This document shows positions 40,054-49,784 of a stretch of 64,000 bases of DNA, one piece after another (position 1 is the first letter of the stretch; each line of letters begins with the position of its first letter). Source of the stretch: Candidatus Latescibacterota bacterium (GTDB lineage Bacteria; Latescibacterota; UBA2968; UBA8231); assembly GCA_965197905.1 (NCBI GenBank), contig CBDAOB010000003.1:448001-512000 (forward strand), given 5' to 3'. The position numbers and the translations under genes are program-made. Under the pieces are notes generated by a model. It searched no databases. It worked only from the letters and a program-made list of their open reading frames with translations, and was not told the DNA's origin.

Positions 40054-41415
40054 CTACCCCACCCAGATCGTTTTGATGTTGACGAATTCCCGTATGCCGT
40101 AGTGGCTCAGTTCCCTTCCATATCCCGATTTCTTGATGCCCCCGAAAGGCAGCCGCGGGTCAGATTTGGTGATGCCATTGACGAAAACCGCCCCCGACTC
40201 TACTTGCCGGGCGACCCGCTCGCCCCGTTTCGCGTCCTTTGTCCAGACGCTTCCCCCAAGACCGAATCGCGAGCCGTTCGCGACGGCAATCGCCTCTGAT
40301 TCATCGGCAACCCTGATTACGCTTGCCACCGGGCCGAAGGCCTCTTCCTCGTAGAGACGCATCCCCCTGGACACCTTGTCCACGATCGTCGGTAGCAGGA
40401 ACGACCCTGGCCCGTCCGGGCGGCTACCGCCCGTAACGATCGCTGCACCCTTCTTGCGAGCATCCTCAATAAGCTCAACCAAATCTCCGACAAATTCCTC
40501 CTTTGCCAGCGGGCCTACGGTCGTCTTTTCGTCCAGCGGATCGCCTATCACCTGGTTCTCCATCGCAGCGCGAAACTTCTCGACAAAATGGTCGGCCACT
40601 TTCTCCACCACGATGAAGCGCTTGGCGGAGATGCAGCTCTGTCCGGCGTTCGACATGCGACCGTTCACCGCTTGCACCGCGCAGGTATCCACATTCACAT
40701 CATCTAGTACGATGAACGGATCACTTCCTCCCAGTTCCAACACCGCTTTCTTGACGATCTTTGCCGCGGTGCTCGCCACGTGGGTCCCCGCCGGCTCGCT
40801 GCCAGTGAGCGTCACCGCTTTAACGATATCCGACTCGATGACCGCATCGACCTGCCGGGCCCCGATCATCAAGGTTCGAAAGACGTTCTCAGGGAAACCC
40901 GCCTCGCGAAAGACCTCCTCGATAGCCAGTGCCGATCCGGGGACGTTGGATGCATGTTTCAACACGCCGGCATTGCCTGCCATCAAGCTGGGAGCAGCGA
41001 ACCGAAAGACTTGCCACATAGGGTAGTTCCACGGCATCACCGCAAGAATTACACCCAAGGGCTGAAATGCAACATAGGCCTTGCTGCCGTCCGATTCCGC
41101 AGGTTCGTCTGCCAGCATCGATTCTGCATTGTCGGCGTAGTAGTTGCAAACCCAGATGCACTTATCGACCTCGCCCGCCGCCTGGGTGATCGGCTTGCCC
41201 ATCTCCAGGCTCATGAGCTTGGCGTACCTAGTTTTGTTACTCTCCAGGACGCCAGCCGCTTTCTTCATGAGCGCGGAACGGTGCGAGAAGTCGGTGTCGC
41301 GCCAGGACTCAAAAGCAGACTGAGCTTGCTCGAGAATCTCCTGAACCTCTTGATCGGAATGGCTGAGGTAGTCCTGGATCACCTCTCCCGTCGCTGGATT
41401 AATCGCTTTCATCAT
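40054..41415 (-). CDS. NAD(P)-dependent aldehyde dehydrogenase, succinate-semialdehyde dehydrogenase (Sad/GabD1)-like
   Basis: MPWNYP, LKHAS, TGSE, LELGGSDP, GQSCIS, EEAFGP and PFGGIKKSGYGREL motifs. Confidence 0.92.
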   Translation of the reverse strand: MMKAINPATGEVIQDYLSHSDQEVQEILEQAQSAFESWRDTDFSHRSALMKKAAGVLESNKTRYAKLMSLEMGKPITQAAGEVDKCIWVCNYYADNAESMLADEPAESDGSKAYVAFQPLGVILAVMPWNYPMWQVFRFAAPSLMAGNAGVLKHASNVPGSALAIEEVFREAGFPENVFRTLMIGARQVDAVIESDIVKAVTLTGSEPAGTHVASTAAKIVKKAVLELGGSDPFIVLDDVNVDTCAVQAVNGRMSNAGQSCISAKRFIVVEKVADHFVEKFRAAMENQVIGDPLDEKTTVGPLAKEEFVGDLVELIEDARKKGAAIVTGGSRPDGPGSFLLPTIVDKVSRGMRLYEEEAFGPVASVIRVADESEAIAVANGSRFGLGGSVWTKDAKRGERVARQVESGAVFVNGITKSDPRLPFGGIKKSGYGRELSHYGIREFVNIKTIWVG

Positions 41416-41424
41416 CGCTCCTGG

Positions 41425-43641
41425 TTAGGTAGGATCGGTCTCTTTCTTAAGGGGACGCCACTTGATATCGCCACCCGCTACATGGAACTCCGCGCCGACC
41501 ACGTCCGCATCCACGAGACTGGACTCCTCGCCAAACCCTATCTGAACATCCGTGAACACAGTTCCCGTCACGGTGATCCGGCCCTTGGAAACTATATCCG
41601 AAATCCCACTCTCCAGCTTCTCTAGTTCGGTTTGCGCCGTCTTCTGTTGGCGAAAAAACTCGGCAAGCTTTTTGGCGTCGTCGGCCACCTCGTCCATCCT
41701 TCTGCGGGGCACTTGGTCGAGATGCTCCTTCAACGCCGTCACATCGGGTCTAGTGAGACCGACCGTCCTCATCAAAGCCGGGATCTCTGCTTTGCATTCA
41801 TCAAGGGTCGATTCAAGCCGTTTCAGCTCCGCGGCCTGCTCGAAAGTGGGACCGATCTCGGCGATGGTCCGATCGGTGTCTGCCGAACCTATCATTTTGG
41901 CATGAATGCCTACAGTGGCCGTTACTTCACCGCCGACGATGGTTCCGGCACCTTGACCGCCCCCTTCCTGCACCACCACCTCTCCATCGGCCTTGACGAT
42001 TCCGTTGATGATGTACGCACCCACGTTCACATTCCCAAGGGCTTGAACGGTGCTGTTCTGGATGAATTTGGTTTCGACGTTCTGCTTGGCGAAAACGGTG
42101 GAATCCTCGCCGAAGATGCCCTTGGCGACGACGACATCGCCGGTGGCAGTTACCGAAGCTCCGTTTTCAACCGTTCCGCCCACCACAACGCTTCCCGCCG
42201 CTTTGACCGAAAAGCCGGATTGAACCGAGCCGGATATTTCGACGTTCATCGGTAAATCTATGTTACCCGTATCATACCCAACGTCGCCACTTATGCTCAT
42301 CACCGGTTGAACCTCGAGAGCATCGCCGGCGACAGCCGCCGCACCATCGATCTCGGCGACGAACTTATCTCCCTGGAGACGCACATTCTGCCCTGCCGAG
42401 AAGCTTTTCTCCTCACCATCCTTTGCCGGTAACTGCTCTCCCTTGAGATTGACTCCGGGAGTTCCTTGCTCGGCGGGAATGACCGTTCCCAACTCCTGAT
42501 CCTTTGCTACCCCGAGGTTCTGGTTGCGCTCGCGGTAGTCGATCGTGCCATCCTCAAGAACCTTTCCGGCGCGCTTTTCGGGATCGAACGCATATTTTAC
42601 ATACGAATCTTTGCCGGCGATCGGTGCCTTGCCCTTAGCCACCAGCAGGCTCTGTTTTTCTGTAGCTCCGAAAGTTTCCTTCGAAAGGCGTTCGATGGCG
42701 GTATCTTTGATGCCCGTGGTAACACCCGCCATCTTTATCGCCTGCAGAAGCCAGTCCTTCTGCGGCACTTTTTCGGCAGCTGCCTGCGGGAGGTGTAGTA
42801 GATAGGCTTCATCCCAGTCAGGGTTTATCCAAATGGGTGGCCTCACCGAAATCTCATCCTTGAGCCAGCAGACGTAACCGTATATCTCTGAGACGCACGT
42901 ACCCCCCTCCATCTTCACGTTTTCTCCACCCGAGAGCTTCGCATCTGCGCCGGCTTGAGGCGTTTGGTTTCCGCAAACGTCGACGGCGGGTTTTCCTTCG
43001 GTGGGCGGCGTCAAGCTCGCGAGCTTCTGACCGGGATAGACCAGCAAGCTCAAGACGTCGAGTTCGAGCGCAGCCTCCAGTTCCGTCGCCTGTAGAGCCT
43101 GGTTGAGCTCAGAAAATGAGAGTTTGGTGTCCTCGCCGAGACCCTCCTGAAATTCGAGTTTGACACTGGCGTCTTTGCCTGGAGTTGCCGCGGTGGCCTC
43201 GGCGACAACGAAATTCCCTCGCACCACGTCCTCTTTCCTGGCTTGGGAGATCAACTCCTTGAGTGCCTGCTTTTTCAGGCCATGGACCAGCTTGAACTGG
43301 TCGCGCAAGGCGTCGACGAACAGTTGGGCTTTTACCTTTTTGTCGCCGAAATGCAAGGCTGTGACCGCAGCCTGTTGGTTGTGTTCTGCGATCTCGACTG
43401 CGACCCAACCCGCATCGTTCGGCCCGAACGTCTTGGATCCCTCCTCCGGTTCGATTTTCTCCACCCGGTCCGGCTCTTCAGGCTCTTTCTCGGTGGACTC
43501 GGGGATAGGTCTTGCTTCCGGTTCCGACGCTTCGGCCTCGGCGTTCTTCGTCGCCTCCACGTACTCCTCGTCCAACTGTACCGTGGATTCAACCCGGGAC
43601 CGGCGCCGGCGCTGCGACTTATTCCGTTCTCTTTTCGCCAT
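41425..43641 (-). CDS. DUF342 / FapA family protein with a duplicated N-terminal module
   Basis: AKG..P..GKD, G.IDYRE, G.PG..L.G, GDVGYDTGNID and beta-helix repeats (GSVQSGFSVKAAGSVVVGG). Start trimmed to MAKRERN. Confidence 0.85.
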   Translation of the reverse strand: MAKRERNKSQRRRRSRVESTVQLDEEYVEATKNAEAEASEPEARPIPESTEKEPEEPDRVEKIEPEEGSKTFGPNDAGWVAVEIAEHNQQAAVTALHFGDKKVKAQLFVDALRDQFKLVHGLKKQALKELISQARKEDVVRGNFVVAEATAATPGKDASVKLEFQEGLGEDTKLSFSELNQALQATELEAALELDVLSLLVYPGQKLASLTPPTEGKPAVDVCGNQTPQAGADAKLSGGENVKMEGGTCVSEIYGYVCWLKDEISVRPPIWINPDWDEAYLLHLPQAAAEKVPQKDWLLQAIKMAGVTTGIKDTAIERLSKETFGATEKQSLLVAKGKAPIAGKDSYVKYAFDPEKRAGKVLEDGTIDYRERNQNLGVAKDQELGTVIPAEQGTPGVNLKGEQLPAKDGEEKSFSAGQNVRLQGDKFVAEIDGAAAVAGDALEVQPVMSISGDVGYDTGNIDLPMNVEISGSVQSGFSVKAAGSVVVGGTVENGASVTATGDVVVAKGIFGEDSTVFAKQNVETKFIQNSTVQALGNVNVGAYIINGIVKADGEVVVQEGGGQGAGTIVGGEVTATVGIHAKMIGSADTDRTIAEIGPTFEQAAELKRLESTLDECKAEIPALMRTVGLTRPDVTALKEHLDQVPRRRMDEVADDAKKLAEFFRQQKTAQTELEKLESGISDIVSKGRITVTGTVFTDVQIGFGEESSLVDADVVGAEFHVAGGDIKWRPLKKETDPT

Positions 43642-43959
43642 AGATACGACCTCGTGCAACGGGCGGCTCAACTGAGCGCTCACCCGTAGAACCACCGCAT
43701 ACTGAAATATAACGAGGAATCAGGAAACCGCAGGAGGCGCCTGCCTGGATTAACCTGGAGCTGGTGCTATTCTACTCGACGCTTGACGCGCAAATACCAG
43801 CGCTGACAATCGCGCTAGCGCTCGTTTTCTACGCGCCAACAAGCTGTCCGATCTCTATCACCGACTGCGACACCAGACGCCAGTTCCTGGCGTGCAACTC
43901 GTTGGCGTATTTGACCTTAAGCCTCTCGGGTGCGTCGGATCGGGCACTCCTCCTGGAAG

Positions 43960-43975
43960 AGGTACAGGTATTGCT
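43960..43975 (+). promoter_or_regulatory. Candidate sigma54 (-24/-12) promoter for the PepSY gene
   Basis: AGGTACAGGTATTGCT: GG-N10-GC spacing with TTGCT at -12, about 60 nt before the ATG at 44034. Confidence 0.4.
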
Positions 43976-44033
43976 ACATCCGAAAGCAGAAGATACAACC
44001 GAAGCTTTGTTGGCCCACACAAAAGGAGGCCAT

Positions 44034-44357
44034 ATGAAACGCCTATCCCACCTTGCTCAGATCGCCATTGCAGTAGGACTGTTGATGCTCGGTTCAAGTT
44101 TTGCCGGCGACGAAGAGAAAGTCCCGGTAGATGAGTTACCTCAAGCGGTCCTCGATGCCGTGGAAAACGCCGTGCCCGGTGGTAACATCCAGGAAGCAGA
44201 GAAAGAAACCGAAAAGGGCAAGGTAGTCTACGAAGTTGAAGTGCTGAAAGACGGTAAAGAGTACGAAGTCGAGGTAAGCGAGTCAGGCAGCGTACTCGAA
44301 GTAGAAGAAGAGGGAGCGGACGAGAATGACGATGATGATGAGGACGATGGCGATTGA
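44034..44357 (+). CDS. Secreted PepSY-like (BLIP-like) domain protein with acidic tail
   Basis: AGGAGG RBS, signal peptide, LPQAVLDAV...PGG.I.EAEKE...VYEVE...G.VL. Confidence 0.8.
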   Translation: MKRLSHLAQIAIAVGLLMLGSSFAGDEEKVPVDELPQAVLDAVENAVPGGNIQEAEKETEKGKVVYEVEVLKDGKEYEVEVSESGSVLEVEEEGADENDDDDEDDGD

Positions 44358-45214
44358 TGACTCGATCTGTGATGTGGAATCTGCTCTTGGGGCTCACTCT
44401 ATGCGCGGTGGCGTTGGGTACCGTTTGGACGACGCCATCCGCCGCAGTGGCCTTTGAAGACAAGAGCACCGATCTCATAGAGTACGGCACATTGAAGGCC
44501 GATCACCTTCGAGATCAACTCTACCACATCACAGGTACCCTGCAACAGAGTCTACGCCTCAACGGACTGGCGCTTCATGCAACCTCGTCTGGTTTGAGAG
44601 CCACCGTGCCCCTCCACTATTCGATCGGGATCTCGGATGGGTGGAGTCTTCGAATAAGACCTGTCATCCGTGCCACCCTTGGTCTACCCACTCAGCGGCC
44701 GTTGAGTGGGTCCGCCGGCATGAACGGGGGATTCTATCGGCTGCTGCGAGGTGAAGGCAGATTCGCTCCCGCCATGACCTTTGCAGCCTCCTCCAACGTT
44801 TTGACCGGCCGGAAAGATCGCTGGGGAAGCGGCAAGGGCAAGTACGGCGGTCGTCTGGTCGCCACCAAACAGAAGGGCCGTCTCGGTCTGTTTGCCAGCA
44901 CCTCATACAGCTTCTCCAGCCATTTCTCAGGGTCCCGAATGGATCGGATCCTTCAAAGCCTCAATGGATCGGTCGGCGGACAATACCTAACGCAGGGGCG
45001 GTTCGAGGTGCTGGCTCAAGTGAATGGCAAACACACGTCGAAGCGTACCCGATTGCGGGCCGAGGACTATCTCAGGCAGCAGCAAGAAGTCGTCGTCGCC
45101 GGCAAACTGCGGGGAGGCGCTTATTTGCGCAAGAACGTATTCGCATATATGGGGTTGGGTTACGACACCCGGGGGGCGATCAGATTTAGCCCGGGAATCA
45201 GCGCTCAGTTCTAG
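44357..45214 (+). CDS. Hypothetical exported protein, possibly an outer-membrane beta-barrel
   Basis: Signal peptide, alternating hydrophobic strands and C-terminal Phe (GISAQF). TGATG overlap with the PepSY gene. Confidence 0.6.
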   Translation: MTRSVMWNLLLGLTLCAVALGTVWTTPSAAVAFEDKSTDLIEYGTLKADHLRDQLYHITGTLQQSLRLNGLALHATSSGLRATVPLHYSIGISDGWSLRIRPVIRATLGLPTQRPLSGSAGMNGGFYRLLRGEGRFAPAMTFAASSNVLTGRKDRWGSGKGKYGGRLVATKQKGRLGLFASTSYSFSSHFSGSRMDRILQSLNGSVGGQYLTQGRFEVLAQVNGKHTSKRTRLRAEDYLRQQQEVVVAGKLRGGAYLRKNVFAYMGLGYDTRGAIRFSPGISAQF

Positions 45215-45240
45215 CGCCTGCGCGCGAGCCCGAGCAGGCG
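45215..45240. terminator. Hairpin between convergent genes, possible bidirectional terminator
   Basis: CGCCTGC...GCAGGCG inverted repeat; no clear U-tract. Confidence 0.3.
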
Positions 45241-45277
45241 GGTCAATCATTTAACAGCGCCGAGTACGTTCTACAGG

Positions 45278-47455
45278 TTATTCATCGGTCTGTATCAGCA
45301 CCACCTCGTGGAGATCTATCTGTGGCACGTTGACAACCGGGGGGGCTCCCGTAATCTCCAGTTCCTGGTCGTGCAAGGGCAGTTTGGCTGACTTGATGGC
45401 GATCTGATTGAATCGAATCTGCACATTCCTGATCGGTGTCACTTCGGCGTTGGCGAGATACATTCCGGTGAGCTCAGTAGTAGCTACATCCCAAGGCAGC
45501 ACTGGAGTAGGGTTGTTGAGTAGATGCACCATCAGTTCCCCCGAATTTCGTCGCGCCGCGACAAATTCGATCGCCTCCGGGGCCTCGACGGCAATAGGCG
45601 GCGGCTCGGTACCGCTTACTAAGCTTGCCACAAACCGTTTCAATGGCGGATAGGGACTGTTGAGGTACGCTTCTCCCACGTCGCCTCCGAAATAGACTGC
45701 CTGGCCTTGCCCAAACGAATTTCTGGTGACCGCCGGCAGGCCAGTGCGATAATCCCGGGTCGGATCGAAGCTGCCCAAGGCCCCAACCCTCTCCGCACTG
45801 CTGCGCTCACAGAGCACTTCGGTGCCTGCTCGGGCGGACACTGCCGATTCCACCCCGAAAAAGAAGATCAGATCGCCGAATTCACCGCGAAGTTCCGGAT
45901 TGCATGGCACCATGATGCACCCGCTGCCTTCAGCCGCTTCCGCTGGGCCTTGGTATTCGACACCCAAAACATCAGCCAGCCCGAACTGACCTCGTTCCTG
46001 TCCCCATTCATCCAACAGCGAAGTCTGGTAAGTAGCGATGAGTGTGCCCCCATTCTCCACGAAACCTCGGATAGCCTCGCAGTGATCGTCGGACAGACAG
46101 GCGCTATTGGAGAGGAATAGCACCGAGTACCGTCCGAGCTTACTGGGTTCCAGGTGTTCGTCCAGTGCGATGTCCAGGGGAAGATGAGATCGGTTTAACA
46201 GTTCGTAGGCGCCGATGGCATCGGGAACGCAGAACGCGTGCCCATGGGTTTGTCCGGTGTTCTTGGCGCGTTCCGAGGGCCGGAAGTCTCGATTGATCTG
46301 GGAGAAATGGAGCGCCAGATATGGTATTGTGTCGCCGATGACATATTCGTCCCGTTTTTTGTACTCGGCGAATACCCGTTTGTTCGCCTCCCGGTTGATC
46401 GTCGAAGGGTCGTCGAAGGGTCCGCCACACGGAGCACCGCCGTTGATCATGGTCGCCAGGCCGGCAATTGCGGTGGCATTTCCGGACGGATAGGGGGCTT
46501 GGCCGAAACCGCGCAGCTGCTCGTCGGTCAGACGAAAGTGACCGAACGCCGTTCCGGTGGACCGCATGATCTTCGCTACCAGCCCTACCTCCCGCAATGA
46601 GCGAAAGGTCTCGGTGAAGTAGACCGCGTCCACTTCCTGCAACCGAAAGGAAGCGAGCGGATGTCCGAAGGTCCAATTGGTGGTAGAGGTGACGTAAGAG
46701 TTGAAATCGAGGATCGCGTCGGGATGTCTGGCTTTGATCCGGCGAGAAAGATGGTGCATGAACTCTATGAGCCGGTCGTAGCGCCAGCTGACGAAACGCC
46801 GAAACGTGGCCGAGTCGAAGTCGACCTTTCGTGGAATATCCTCTCCCGCGTGATCGCGAAAGAGTTTTTCGCAGTACTCGCAACAGCATGACGGGAACCA
46901 GGGCGTGCCATCTTGATGCGAGCCGTAGTTGGTGTCGTCGAAATAGAGGCCATCCAGATCGAGGTTATCAAGCCATTCGATCATGTAATCGGACACCCAA
47001 TCGCGGTACGGCGAATTGAGACAAAACCAGCCGTCGTTCTCGATCTGTGGGCGGCCGTCGTCGAGAAACTGCATCAGCCATTCGGGATGCAGCGGTTTCA
47101 GTGGTCTGGTGTAAATCGCCGGATAGTAGGACAGAACGATGATTCCGCGCTCATGGGCGAGCTCGAGGAACAGCGGCAAACGCTCGCTCTCCACATCGGC
47201 GTGGGGCGAGATCATCTTTGAATGGAAACGCGGCGTGCCCCGATTCAGCTCCCCATCGACGATCTGCACCTCCAGGCCAAGGTCGTCGATGAAGTCCACC
47301 CATTCCTCCACTGACTTGCCCTCATAGGTCGCGCCGGGTTTGACGCAGCTGGGATAGCACTCTGTGCGGCACATACGCTGGCGATAAGGTTTCCGCGCCA
47401 GTCGCTCGGCCGTGCTCCCGACCCGCTTCACCATGGAACTACCGTTGTCGCTCAT
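45278..47455 (-). CDS. Glycoside-hydrolase-like protein (GHL6/GH151-type TIM barrel + GH42 trimerisation domain), paralogue 1
   Basis: HERGI.V..YY, HPEW, CLNSPYRD, DGLYFDD, CCCEYC, LSNSACLSD and FVENGGTLIAT..TSL.DE.G motifs. Confidence 0.78.
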   Translation of the reverse strand: MSDNGSSMVKRVGSTAERLARKPYRQRMCRTECYPSCVKPGATYEGKSVEEWVDFIDDLGLEVQIVDGELNRGTPRFHSKMISPHADVESERLPLFLELAHERGIIVLSYYPAIYTRPLKPLHPEWLMQFLDDGRPQIENDGWFCLNSPYRDWVSDYMIEWLDNLDLDGLYFDDTNYGSHQDGTPWFPSCCCEYCEKLFRDHAGEDIPRKVDFDSATFRRFVSWRYDRLIEFMHHLSRRIKARHPDAILDFNSYVTSTTNWTFGHPLASFRLQEVDAVYFTETFRSLREVGLVAKIMRSTGTAFGHFRLTDEQLRGFGQAPYPSGNATAIAGLATMINGGAPCGGPFDDPSTINREANKRVFAEYKKRDEYVIGDTIPYLALHFSQINRDFRPSERAKNTGQTHGHAFCVPDAIGAYELLNRSHLPLDIALDEHLEPSKLGRYSVLFLSNSACLSDDHCEAIRGFVENGGTLIATYQTSLLDEWGQERGQFGLADVLGVEYQGPAEAAEGSGCIMVPCNPELRGEFGDLIFFFGVESAVSARAGTEVLCERSSAERVGALGSFDPTRDYRTGLPAVTRNSFGQGQAVYFGGDVGEAYLNSPYPPLKRFVASLVSGTEPPPIAVEAPEAIEFVAARRNSGELMVHLLNNPTPVLPWDVATTELTGMYLANAEVTPIRNVQIRFNQIAIKSAKLPLHDQELEITGAPPVVNVPQIDLHEVVLIQTDE

Positions 47456-47491
47456 TTGCAATCGTCCTTCGCTAGCTGCTGTGCCACGATC

Positions 47492-49666
47492 CTAACCCAG
47501 TTCGACCAGAACAACCTCGTGCAAGTCCACCTGGGGCACGGTGATCTCCGCAGGATCCCCGGTGACATCAAGCTTCTGGTTTTGCAGCGGAAGCCAGGCC
47601 GACTTGACCTTGTAACCATTCAGCGTGATCCGAACATCGCGGATGGGATTGATCTCGTAGAGCGCGTGGTAGGTGGTGTGCAGCTCGTCGTACTCGTTTC
47701 GATCCTTGACCTTCCACGGAAGCAGCGGCGTCGGGTTGTTTACCAGGTGGATCATCAACTCGCCGGAGGGGCGCAGTGCTGCCGTCATCTCGATCTGTTC
47801 CGGCGCCTCCATGACCAATGGTGACTGGCTCCCGCCGACGAGCTCGGCTATCAATCGCCGCAGTGGCGGGTACGGGCTGTTCATATAAGCCCCACCCACG
47901 TCGCCGGCGATGTAGATGGCTTGTCCCTTGCCGAACGAGTTCGAGGTGATCGCAGGCTGACCGGAGTCGTGCTCGGTCTCAGCACTGAAGGTATTGAGTG
48001 CCTTCGGTTCCTCTATGGTGCTCCTGGTGCAGAGGATGTCAGTATTGCTGGCGGCGGTGACTAACGCATCTTGGCCATGGAAGCAAAGAATCTCGCCCAG
48101 CTTCGCGGTCAGTTGTTCGTCGTGAGGGATGTAGATGATGGGATGGTCTTCGCCGCCAGCGGTTACTCCCTGGTACTCGACTCCCATGACATCTCCCAGG
48201 GCGAACCCGCCTCGCTCCTGGCCCCATTCGTCCAGCAGCGAGGTCTCGTGCGTAGCGATCAGGGTGCCGCCCCGGTCCACGAAGTTTCGAATCGCGTCGC
48301 AGTGGGCTTCCGCCAGGCAGACGCTGTTGGCGAGGAAGAGAACCCGGTACCGGGACAACCGCTCCCTCGTGAGGTGCTCGTCGAGCGCCATGTCCAGCAC
48401 CACGTGGGCTCTGTTGAGCATCTCGTAAACACCGTACATATCCGGCTGGCCTAGCTGGTGGAAATGCACCTTGCCGGTGTTCTTGGGGAGTTCGGACGGT
48501 TTGAAGTCGCGGTTCATCTGCGAGTAGTGCAGCGCAACATCTTTAACCGTATCTCCCTCGATGTAATCTGCCCGCTTCTTGAGCTCGGTGAACAACTGCT
48601 TGATGGTATCCTTCCGAAAGTGGGTGACATCTCCCAAGGGTGCACCGCATTGCGTACCGCCATTTGCCACGGAGGCGAAGCAGCAGACCGCAGCCGAGTA
48701 GATCTCGGCCTGCGGCGCGATACCGAACCCCTTGAGCGATTGAGTAACGTTGCGAAAGATGGAGAATGGGGTCCCGGTTGAGCGCAGCACTTTGGCGACG
48801 AATCCGGGCTCCCGCAGCGAACGAAAGGTCTCCACGAAGAAATGACCGCCCACTTCTTCCAATCGATACGAGCTTATCGGGTGCCCGTCGGACCAGTCGG
48901 TTTGGGGACGCACGTAGGAATTCAGATCCATTATGGCATCCGGGTATTTCACGTGAACCGACGAATACAGGTGATGCATGAAGTCGATCATCTTCTCGTA
49001 GCGCCAGTTGATGAAGCGGCGGAAGGTCATGGAGTCGAAATCGACCTTGCGTGGAATTTCCAGTCCGGTCTCGCTGCGGAACTGTTCTTCGCAGTAGGAG
49101 CAGCGGCACGACGGAGTCCAAGGTCGGTCCTCGTGGGTTCCGTAGTTGGTGTCGTCGAAGTAGAATCCATCCAGGTCCAGATTGTCCATGTACTCGATCA
49201 GGTACTCCGGCAGCCAATCCCGGTAGGGTGAGTTGAAACAGAACCAGCCGAGATTCTCGGGCTCGGGACGACCATCATCGAGGAACTTCATCTGCCACTC
49301 CGGATGCAGAGGCAGCAACGGCTTGGTATATATGATCGGGTAGTAGGTCAAGACGATGATCCCCTTCTCGTGAGCAACTTCGAGAAAACGGGGCAGCTTG
49401 TCGTTGTCGACGTTCGGATGAGGCGTAAGGATCTTGGAGCGATAACGTGGAGTGCCGCGGTTGAACTCTCCGCTGACGATACACACCTCGTAGCCGGCCT
49501 CGCTTATGCAATCGACATACTCCTCAACCGGCAGGTTGAGGTCGGGTTCTCCTGGCATGTAGGGGCGCGGGAAGTGTGCTTCCACTCGACAGACCCGTCG
49601 TTCGTACGGCAGCTCCGCCAGACGCTGGGCGGTGCTACCCACTCTTTTCAAGATTTGTTCGCTCAT
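47492..49666 (-). CDS. Glycoside-hydrolase-like protein (GHL6 + GH42M type), paralogue 2
   Basis: Same motifs: CFNSPYRD, DGFYFDD, CRCSYC and FVDRGGTLIATHETSL. Confidence 0.8.
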   Translation of the reverse strand: MSEQILKRVGSTAQRLAELPYERRVCRVEAHFPRPYMPGEPDLNLPVEEYVDCISEAGYEVCIVSGEFNRGTPRYRSKILTPHPNVDNDKLPRFLEVAHEKGIIVLTYYPIIYTKPLLPLHPEWQMKFLDDGRPEPENLGWFCFNSPYRDWLPEYLIEYMDNLDLDGFYFDDTNYGTHEDRPWTPSCRCSYCEEQFRSETGLEIPRKVDFDSMTFRRFINWRYEKMIDFMHHLYSSVHVKYPDAIMDLNSYVRPQTDWSDGHPISSYRLEEVGGHFFVETFRSLREPGFVAKVLRSTGTPFSIFRNVTQSLKGFGIAPQAEIYSAAVCCFASVANGGTQCGAPLGDVTHFRKDTIKQLFTELKKRADYIEGDTVKDVALHYSQMNRDFKPSELPKNTGKVHFHQLGQPDMYGVYEMLNRAHVVLDMALDEHLTRERLSRYRVLFLANSVCLAEAHCDAIRNFVDRGGTLIATHETSLLDEWGQERGGFALGDVMGVEYQGVTAGGEDHPIIYIPHDEQLTAKLGEILCFHGQDALVTAASNTDILCTRSTIEEPKALNTFSAETEHDSGQPAITSNSFGKGQAIYIAGDVGGAYMNSPYPPLRRLIAELVGGSQSPLVMEAPEQIEMTAALRPSGELMIHLVNNPTPLLPWKVKDRNEYDELHTTYHALYEINPIRDVRITLNGYKVKSAWLPLQNQKLDVTGDPAEITVPQVDLHEVVLVELG

Positions 49667-49784
49667 CTTCGAGCTCCCGTTTTAGTATTGGACACTGCTA
49701 TGGCTGGGCGTGTTATAGCCGAGCGAACTGTTGTCGAATATCCCGGGGAACCAGTAAGGCGCCCCCGGTGGGCGTCGCAATCCT

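Noticed and set aside
44320..44357. GAT/GAC short tandem repeat (and the CGC run near 5544-5561)
   Set aside because: These simply encode poly-Asp and poly-Arg stretches and are not independent repeat elements.
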